A DNA stretch of 63,934 bases, the filler included, from Octopus bimaculoides (lineage: Eukaryota), in NCBI RefSeq assembly GCF_001194135.2. It is 6 parts of 6 records of this genome, joined end to end, with 100 filler letters (N's around TTAATTAATTAA, not from the genome) between each part and the next. Parts side by side here need not be neighbours in the genome. Positions count along the whole stretch, not along the records: positions 53,420 to 62,648 come from NC_069003.1; positions 62,749 to 63,934 come from NC_068996.1; 4 more parts are not named here. The stretch is one strand, 5' to 3'. A program made the position numbers and the translations under genes. Of this stretch, positions 55,893 to 63,934 are shown one piece after another. Under the pieces are notes generated by a model that saw nothing but the letters and a program-made list of their open reading frames with translations, ran no database searches and was not told the origin of the DNA. Positions within the stretch are counted from its first letter, which is position 1. The number at the start of each line of letters is the position of its first letter.

Positions 55893-56115
55893 GACATCCT
55901 CTTGGTATCAGATGTCTATTATAGAAAGGGCAATTACAAAATGGCTTTGAAATATTGTGAAAAGGCTTACGAATTTATTCCTCCTGACTTTATGTCCATT
56001 GAGAATTATATCAAACCAATTCTGTATGAAACCATAAAAATAGCAGTTGATGGCTTGCATATGACTTCATTTCCTGGTTATAAAACTAAACCTGACATTT
56101 ATGATGAGTGTAAAG
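55893..56115 (+). CDS. Ankyrin/TPR-repeat protein, exon 3 (TPR-like motif)
   Basis: Acceptor tttatttctaag|G, donor AAG|GTAAGT, phase 0-1. SDVYYRKGNYKMALKYCEKAYE matches the TPR helix A/B pattern. Confidence 0.88.
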
Positions 56116-56482
56116 GTAAGTGGAATCTTGTTTTTTCAGTTTTTTTCAATTACTATGAACTTAATTCTGAATTTTTCATTGAAGGCTTGGCCCACACGGT
56201 CGAGAGTGGCTATAAGGGGAATCCAAGACAAGCTGTTATGGAGGTAGTGAGGCAGATAACCACAGTTAGGCTTCACACACGTGTGTGCATGCACGAAAGG
56301 CACCCATGCCAGTGGTACATATAAAATTGGTATTTTAAGTTAGAAGCTAAAGATGGTTGCTAGGTGTAAAAGACTAAACTAAAATATGTATATGTATATT
56401 TGTGTGTGTGTGTGTGTGTGCACACGTTTTCTTATTGATGTGTTTAATGTTGCTTTTAATTATTTATATTCATTTTCTGCAG

Positions 56483-56785
56483 GGCTAGAAAACTTCATTT
56501 TACTAAGTTTGCCTCTCTTATTCACCATTGGAAATGAAGCTGTGAAAAGAGGGGAAGATTTGTTCAGTGCATTTGCCTTTAATACTTTTTATATGTATTG
56601 GCCATATGCTATAAACTTTTTGGAGATATTTGACCTCAGGCAGCTTGATACTTCAGTATTCAAAATGGATGTTATGCAGAAACTCATTGTACTGTTTGTA
56701 AAACACAATTTTGACTTGAGAAAACTTGTACTCCATGATGGTGATACCTACTTACACTCATGTGTAAGACTGTCCTTGTATTATG
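56483..56785 (+). CDS. Ankyrin/TPR-repeat protein, exon 4
   Basis: Acceptor cattttctgcag|G, donor ATG|GTGTGT, phase 1-1. Ends in an ankyrin start: KLIVLFVKHNFDLRKLVLHDGDTYLHSCVRLSLYY(G). Confidence 0.87.
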
Positions 56786-57610
56786 GTGTGTAGAATTTAA
56801 TTTATTCTTTTTTTTTTTGTTGATCTGATTGACACTTTAACTTTGCAATATTTTCTCTATTTTCTAACAGGAAAAGAAAAAAATGTTTTGACCTTACAAG
56901 ACTTAGCTGTGATTTACATTAAAACTTGGAAGAATTAAAAAAAAATATTGCTAACAGTTTAACTTTCAATAATATTCAGACTGAAGTAATTTCTTATATT
57001 GAATAGAAATCCTACAGTTTAATCTACAGGGTATAGGGGTAGCTACAATGGAAGGTAATTTTAAATTGTAAAGCTTACCTTTTGTAGAGCTTTAACTGTG
57101 ATTTATGCACAAGCAGTAGTGAAATAGTGGTGAAGGTTTGATTTTTTTTGAACTTGCAAACTTTTTGAGCCTTGATGCAAAATCCTTAGTTGTTCTGAGA
57201 CTCTATTATAGGATAATTTCAAGATCTTTGTTCATGATACCTGGTAGGAAACTGGTTTGAATTATGTATGGACAAGGTCATTGTGCTGAAGGTGAAAGGG
57301 TTGTGCAGAGAACTTTAGTTACAAAAGATGGTGTGAATTGCTTGAGGCTGGTAGGTCAGGAAAGGAATTATTTCATGGAAAGTTCACATTTTTTTGTTTC
57401 TTTTTAATAATTCTTTTATATCCAGTTGTCCATGTTAACAATTCTGCATTTTGGTTATCTGCTATCTCTAATAACTAGAGGCAGACAAAACTCTGCTTTT
57501 CTCACAGACACAAGTAACCAACTTTGAACTTGGCACTCTATAATTTCACTTCACAAATTGTTTGCCTCAGAGTCACTGATATGTGCATCTTATATATTCC
57601 TCCCTGGACA

Positions 57611-57850
57611 CATCATCAACAGCATTAACATCCATTTTCCATGCTGGCATGGGTTAGACGGTTTGACTGGAACTGGTAAGCTGGAGAGCTGCATCAGGCT
57701 CCAGTCTGTTTCTGTTTGGTTTCTATGGCTGGATGTCCTTCCTAACACTGACCATTTCATAGAATCTACTGCATATCTTTCACATGTCACTGGAATGAAT
57801 GCCTTTAATGTGTCACCAGCATGAATACCGTCTATGTGTCACCGGCACAG
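57611..57850 (-). mobile_element. RTE 3' UTR copy
   Basis: ttccatgctggcatgggttagacggtttgact matches 59565-59720 and 61345-61500. Confidence 0.8.
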
Positions 57851-58044
57851 AACCACAGACCATATTAGTGGTTGGTGCTAAGTCCCAACTAGACCTAGAA
57901 TGACATGGTGGAGCAGTGTAGTTGGCAGGGCCATTAGAGCAAAGAAACAGACCTGAAAGGACTGGCAGGGTTGTGGTAGCCAAATATTATTTCAGGTAGC
58001 TAGAAGGAATGCTAGTCAGCAGGTATATTTATCCAGAGAGAACT

Positions 58045-58500
58045 AGAAAGGAAGAAGTGAAACATGAGCTGTGACTGCAGATGACATGCAAAGGCTTGAA
58101 AGAAACAAAGCTGATATATGCTCTGCTGGACGTGCAATGTCAGTGTGCACATACAAGAGAGTTTAAATGTCTTAGAGAAAAATTGGGTATAAGTGGCATC
58201 AGATGTATGGTGCAAGAGAAATGACTGCTGGTATGGTCATGTGATGCATATGGACAAGGACAACTGTGTAAAGAAAAGTGTCAATCTCTAACTGTGGAGG
58301 GAACCTGTGGAAGAGGTTGCCTTAGGAAGACATGGGATGTTGTGGTGAAATATGATCTTGGGATGTTGTGTGAATTGGAGGCAATGACAAGTGAGTGAGA
58401 CCTTTGGCAGTTTAGTGAAATTGTAGTTGTGGCCAGTGCCAGTTACATGTGAAAAGCTCCTGTGCTGGTGACATGTAAAGAGAACTCGTACCAGTGACAT
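58045..58500 (+). mobile_element. RTE LINE C-terminal fragment
   Basis: LREKLGISGIRCMVQEK*..WYGHVMHMDKDNCVKK..LTVEGTCGRG.LRKTW. Confidence 0.85.
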
Positions 58501-58536
58501 TCTTTTTTCACATTTGAGTCAATTCTTTTAAACTAA

Positions 58537-58610
58537 AACAAGATGAGGATAAATGTCCATCAAATGTAAATAATGTACATAATTCCTCATCTCTTAAATA
58601 TAAAACTGTA
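58537..58610 (+). mobile_element. Tail of the 17140-17480 element family
   Basis: aaacaagatgaggataaatgtccatcaaatgtaaataatgtacataattcctcatctc closely matches the reverse complement of 17145-17220. Confidence 0.8.
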
Positions 58611-58662
58611 TTAGTCTCCCTTTGTCAACCATTTTATGGAGTTTACTGAGTGTTTTTTTACA

Positions 58663-58694
<32 letters not shown>

Positions 58695-58952
58695 GCAATG
58701 GGCTTTTACTCAGTTTCCACTCACAAAGTACTGGTCAAACTGGAGCCATTATAGAAAATACTTGTCCAAATTTCTTTGAAGTTGAATCAAATAGAAAATC
58801 ACAAATTTCTTAACCATCTCACAGACATACCTGATTATAGGAATAATTGTAATCTCTTCTGTAATTTAGGAGATTATTTATCTCTCATCTGCTTAATATT
58901 ATGAAACTGAACCTAAATGCCAAATCTTATATGTGTCCTTGTTTGTTTGCAG

Positions 58953-59095
58953 GCTATTTTGATTTGCTTGAACTTATTATAAACTGCCGAACAATAACGA
59001 AAAATGAATTACATATAATTGACAACAATATGAGAACAGCCTTTGATTTACTTGGATTTTGTAGAGATAGTGAATTCCATGAACGAACACAGAAT
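58953..59095 (+). CDS. Ankyrin/TPR-repeat protein, exon 5 (completes ankyrin repeat)
   Basis: Acceptor gtttgtttgcag|G, donor AAT|GTAAGT, phase 1-0. GYFDLLELIINCRTITKNELHIIDNNMRTAFDLL continues the repeat begun in exon 4. Confidence 0.85.
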
Positions 59096-59289
59096 GTAAG
59101 TATTTCTTAGGCAACATTGCTGGCAACAGTAACAAGAGTTAGGGTTGTACACACATATCGTTTTCTCTTTATATATAATGTTTTGATGGAATGCATTATG
59201 TTTTGCATTCATGTTTTAATATTGAAAACAAAATAAAATGTGTTGATATACTTTTAACATACCCTGATCGTTGTTTATGGAGATCTGGG

Positions 59290-59535
59290 GTGCAGTCTTC
59301 TTTGTGATCATATGACATATGGCACCCATTGCATCTGTACAGCCACTAAGAAAAACAGTGGTCCCAAGACAGTACCCTGTGGAACACCGTCCACTATTTG
59401 TGTTTGCATTGAGGTGGCTTCACTACTGCCTGACTTCTATCTTTCAGAAAGTCATGTAAACGCTCTAAAAGTTTTCCAGCTATGCTGAGATCACGTAGTT
59501 TGTGGCATATCATACCATGATCCACTTTATCAATG
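59290..59535 (-). mobile_element. CR1-type LINE RT fragment
   Basis: DKVDHGMICHKLRDLSIAGKLL..LHDFLKDRSQAVV...GVPQGTVLGPLFF. Confidence 0.88.
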
Positions 59536-59542
59536 TGTGGGT

Positions 59543-60637
59543 ATCATCATCATCATCATCATCGTTTAACATCTGCTTTCCATGCTAGTATGGGTTGGAC
59601 GATTTGACTGAGGACTGGTGAACCAGATGGCTACACCAGGCTCCAATCTGATTTGGCAGAGTTTCTACAGCCAGATGCCCTTCTTAACGCCAACCACTCT
59701 GAGAGTGTAGTAGGTGCTTTTATGTGCCACCGGCATGAAGGCCATTCAGGCGGTACTGGCAATGGCCATGCTCAAAATGGTGTATTTTATGTGCCACCTA
59801 CACAAGAGCTAGTCCAGTGGCACTGGCAACGATCTCGCTCAAATGACTTTTCACGTGCCACCGGCACAAGTGCCAGGAGCGCGAAACTGCGGAACAAGTG
59901 CCAGGAAGGCTTCGCTGGTAACGATCACGCTCGAATGGTGGTGCCATCACGATTTCGCTTTTGCTTGCCCCAACAGGTCTTCGCAAGCAGAGCTTAGTGT
60001 CCAATGGAAGAAGGGTACGCATAAGTGGGCTGGCTACATCCCTGGCAGAGGCCTTGGATTTTGGGCTCACTTGGCTTGCTGGGTCTTCTCATGCACAGCA
60101 CATTTCCAAAGNNNNNNNNNNATTTTGGGCTCACTTGGCTTGCTGGGTCTTCTCATGCACAGCACATTTCCAAAGGTCTCGGTCAGAAGTCATCGCCTTG
60201 GTGAGGCCCAATGTTCGGAGGTTGTGCTTCACCACCTCATTCCAAGTCTTCCTGGGCCTGCCTCTTCTACAGGTTCCCTCAACCGCTAGCGTGTGGCACT
60301 TTTTCACACAGCTATCCTCATCCATTCTCGCCACGTGACCATACCAGTGCAATTGTCTCTCTTGCACACCACAATTGATGCTTCTTAGGTCCACCTTTTC
60401 TCTCAAGGTACTTACACTCATCGGAGCATACTGGCTTCGTTCCTTGCCAGCTTACGCATGTCCTCAGCAGTCACGGCCCATGTTTCACTGCCATGTAGCA
60501 TGACTGTTCGTACACATGCGTCCTACAGTCTACCTTTTACTCTGAGAGAGAGGCCCCTTGTCACCAGCAGAGGTAAGAGCTCTCTGAACTTTGCCCAGGC
60601 TATTCTTATTCTAGCAGCTACACTTTCAGCGCACCCT
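59543..60637 (-). mobile_element. 5'-truncated RTE LINE with long 3' UTR and (GAT)n tail
   Basis: AWAKFRELLPLL...LYDACVRTVMLHGSETW, WYGHVARMDEDSCVKK...GRPRKTW, a UTR with internal tandem units, and (atc)n at 59543. Confidence 0.93.
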
Positions 60638-61011
60638 TGATAAAATTAAAGGTTACATTGTCATAAGGAGGTACATGTTGATGCATGGAAGATTCAATCA
60701 GAATTCCTTTTATAACTCTTGTATTCTTATTTGCACATCTGGCAACCCTGGTTGCATCGCATGGAATATGAAAAGAAGTTTTTTCAGCTTATCATTCTTG
60801 GATATGAGAAGAAAATTCACAACCTTCTCCTCTCAATAAACCACTATTGTCCATGAAAGTTGTTTTTTTATATATATTTACTACAGATTGCTTGACACTA
60901 ATGTTCTTCCTACACCTTGATCCCTGGATCTAATACATGCACACACACACACGCACACACGCACGCGTGACTGTAATAATGCTCCAATTTATTTATTTTC
61001 TTAAATTTCAG

Positions 61012-61036
61012 ATTCTGCTTCTGGCATTGATCCAAG
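61012..61036 (+). CDS. 25-nt micro-exon of the same gene
   Basis: Acceptor ttttcttaaatttcag|A, donor AAG|GTAAGA. Phase 0-1 (ILLLALIQ) links exon 5 to the 62201 exon; the reading frame is ambiguous. Confidence 0.6.
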
Positions 61037-61328
61037 GTAAGATTCCAGTTTCACATTTATTTTAACCTTTAATGAAGATGGCAAGTTTTCCACAAATCAA
61101 ACATTTGAATGATGGTTTGGATAATTGCTTTTAGAAACTGGATAATATGTCTTGTAATTCACTAAAAGTTCAAGTGTGAAATTGTAATGGGGAATCTGCT
61201 TAAACAACCAGAAACAGACTCACATTACAAGATTGTCCCTTCCAAATGTTACAACTGAGGACTGAATAAATTTATGTGTGTTAGTGCATGCATTATGCCT
61301 GTATCTGTGTGTGTGCGTGCATGTATAT

Positions 61329-61805
61329 ATCATCATCATCATTGTTTAATGTCCGCTTTCCCTGCTGGCATGGGTTGGACGGTTTGACTGAGGACTGACT
61401 GGTGAGCCAGAGGTTCAATCTGATCTGGCAGAGTTTCTACAGCTGGACGCCCTTCCTAACGCCAACCACTCCGAGAGTGCAGTGGGTGCTTTTATGTGCC
61501 ACTGGCATGAGGGCCAGTCAGGTGGTTCAGGCAACGACCCTGCTCAAAAGGTGTTTTTATGTGCTACCTGTACAGGAGCCAGTTCGGCAGCACTGGCAAC
61601 GACCACGCTTGAATGTTATCTTTCATGTGCCACTGGCACATGTGCTGGTAAGGCTACGCTGGCAACAACTATGCTTGAATGGTGCTTTGCATGTGTCACC
61701 GGCACAGGAGCCAATCTGTGGCCCTGGCAATGATCACGCTCAGATGGTGCTTTTAACGTTCCACTGGCACGAGTGCCAATCAGGTAGCACTGTCATCAGC
61801 CACAG
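61329..61805 (-). mobile_element. RTE 3' UTR copy with about 5 internal units of roughly 65 bp
   Basis: (atc)n tail, gtttaatgtccgctttcc...gggttggacgg, repeated tttatgtgccac.ggcac...ctggcaacgac. Confidence 0.87.
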
Positions 61806-62200
61806 GTGTGAAGTTTTGATTTAGAAATTTTTCAACAGGTTATAAACAGTTAGTATTGCAATAACTGTCATTTCCACCCTGACAGATCTTGTGCATTCTC
61901 AAATTAAGAGGTCCCTAGTGAACCTCCAGTGAGATCCATGCTAGAAATGGTTAGGTTGAACTGTGAGTCCCCAAATGACTTTTGAAATTAATACAAAATA
62001 AACATTATTTATTCTAAGACCAGTTACAACCACCACTTACACAACCACTAGCATCAATACCCTCACCATGATTACATGCACTACTATTAACATGTGAAAA
62101 ATGTGGAAAGACCATAGGTCTGTTAGGTAAGAGGTGGCTTATGGCCAAATGACATTATCACTGTGTATTGCTGTTTATGTCCATCTCTCTTTTATTTCAG

Positions 62201-62648
62201 TCCCCAGCAAGAAGAAAATTTTGATGAAATTTCCAAATCCAGTCTATCTTTATCTTGGTGATGGTGTCATAGAAAGAGATGAAGGAGGGCAGACAGAATC
62301 AGCAGGAATAACAAAAATGGCATCAGGAACAGCAGCAGATGGCAAAAAGGGAAAAGCAACAGCAGCAGATGGCAAAAAGGGAAAAGCAACAGCAGCAGGT
62401 GGCAAAAAAGGAAAAGCAACAGCAGCAGGTGGCAAAAAAGGAAAAGCAACAGCAGCAGATGGAAAAAAGAGAAAAGCAACAGCAGCAGATGGCAAAAAGA
62501 GAAAAGCAACAGCAGCAGATGGCAAAAAGGGAATAGCAACAGCAGCAGATGGCAAAAAGGGAATAGCAACAGCAGCAGATGGCAAAAAGGGAATAGCAAC
62601 AGCAGCAGATGGCAAAAAGGGAATAGCAACAGCAGCAGATGGCAAAAA
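62201..62648 (+). CDS. Exon 7 with 10-aa tandem repeat (TAADGKKGKA)n, runs into an assembly gap
   Basis: Acceptor ctctcttttatttcag|T. The phase-1 frame is the only one open from the acceptor to the gap: PSKKKILMKFPNPVYLYLGDGVIERDEGG... then the repeats. Confidence 0.6.
62329..62648 (+). repeat. 30-bp minisatellite, at least 10.7 copies
   Basis: Unit acagcagcagatggcaaaaagggaaaagca with block-wise variants; truncated by the N gap. Confidence 0.97.
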
Positions 62649-62748
62649 NNNNNNNNNNNNNNNNNNNNNNNNNNNNNNNNNNNNNNNNNNNNTTAATTAA
62701 TTAANNNNNNNNNNNNNNNNNNNNNNNNNNNNNNNNNNNNNNNNNNNN
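62649..62748. other. Artificial gap spacer N44-TTAATTAATTAA-N44
   Basis: Same 100-bp structure; truncates the 30-bp repeat exon. Confidence 0.95.
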
Positions 62749-62789
62749 CCTTTATCACAATAAACATGTTGAGGTCAGCATTTGCGTTT

Positions 62790-63590
62790 TATTGACACAA
62801 AATTTTTCTTCACCATTTTAATATATAAACTAACGAGAAGAATCTGTACAATTGTCTCAAATTATAGAACAAGAAATAAGAGACTCCAGGAATTAAGGCA
62901 ATTCTTTTCGAAAGACATTACCCAGCATCATTTGTTTAAAATGGAATAGAACGAGCCAAGACAATCGCTACCCAAGACTTACGAAACCCGGAACACACTC
63001 ACGATACATTAAATAGTCTCCCATATCTCTCAACACACAATCCAAGAAATGCAAAAGCTTACACAATTATATACAAGAACATCCCACTACTGAGTCAAGA
63101 CCCACGTCTAAAAAAAGCACTCAAAACCCATAAAATAATATAAAAAAAACAAAAGATAACCCAAATGCCAAAAAGACCTACTCACCAATGCAAAATTACC
63201 CAACACAAGCCCACCACCCACCGTAAAAAAAATGTGGTCGTTCCAACTGCAGGAATTGCGTCCACCTCATTGAAGGAACAATATACAAATTCCATTCGGG
63301 ACACACTTTTGTAATAAAAAATGACTCCACCTGCGCGTCAAAGAATTTACTTTATGCCATAAGGTGTGAAGGGTGACACAAAGATTACATAGAGCAAACG
63401 AGCCTTACCATCAGAGAAAGGATGACAATCCACCATCAACAATTGAGGGATCCCACCACAAGACAGATACCACTAGTGGTCACTTAGATCTCTGTGCGCA
63501 AAACAAGTCCCCAAATTCCTACTTTTCCCACTATACCAATGCCCAGACAACGCCACTGAACAAACACCAATAAATATAATCTTATTCAAT
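62790..63590 (+). mobile_element. Penelope-like element 3' part (RT thumb, Cys linker, GIY-YIG)
   Basis: LTRRICTIVS...LPYLSTHNPRN...KCGRSNCRNC...CASKNLLYAIRCEG*HKDYIEQT...RERMTIHHQQLRDP...GHLDLC; frameshifted. Confidence 0.93.
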
Positions 63591-63934
63591 ATGTACACAC
63601 ACACAAACACAATACGCCCGTTCCCCAGTAAAAAATCACACACACACACACTCAAAAAAAAAAAAACGCACACATATACATGCAATACAATCCCAACAAT
63701 CACAGCAAGCACTCACAAACACACATACACACAATGACACACACTTCCCCGACAAATACAAGACATATAGACACACTCACACACACACATACACACCACA
63801 AAGACAAAACAAGACAAACATACTCAGACACACACACACACACACACACACATGTACACACACACACTCATGTACACACACACACCATCTCCACCAACAC
63901 AAAACACATAAACAAACACACGCACGGACAGACG

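Noticed and set aside
60058-60175. 54-bp direct repeat on both sides of a 10-N gap
   Set aside because: Typical unmerged contig overlap.
53444-62648. Assigning TRANK1 or FEM1 as gene symbol
   Set aside because: Only the domain architecture is similar; I do not recognise orthologous sequence.
61490-62648. CRISPR-like appearance of the 65-bp and 30-bp arrays
   Set aside because: No unique spacers, no cas genes, and a eukaryotic context.

Overview
AT-rich eukaryotic (animal) genomic DNA from a gapped short-read scaffold. It is dense in microsatellites, tRNA-derived SINEs, RTE, R4/Dong-type (RLE) and CR1 LINE fragments, Penelope-like elements and Tc1/mariner remnants. The SINE sequences and overall texture point to an octopus genome (inference). 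Nearly all entries in the ORF track are microsatellite or N-gap artefacts. One intact spliced gene can be assembled on the + strand from 53444 to the gap at 62649. It has 7 exons with GT-AG ends and compatible phases (about 547 codons, both ends missing) and encodes ankyrin - TPR-like - ankyrin modules followed by a basic 10-aa tandem repeat. It lies in a CpG-depleted domain. Upstream (4.8-39.4 kb) I read several stop- or frameshift-broken, ankyrin-like + strand segments that may be dead paralogues; these were judged by eye and need an HMM test. Notable non-coding structures are a 128-nt near-perfect hairpin next to a 312-bp tandem duplication, a cascade of AT-rich palindromes, a hairpin at a Penelope 5' junction, a decayed minimal hammerhead-like motif in a tRNA-headed element, and a head-to-tail SINE trimer. 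Five N44-TTAATTAATTAA-N44 blocks are artificial gap spacers. I found no rRNA, true tRNA or CRISPR features.
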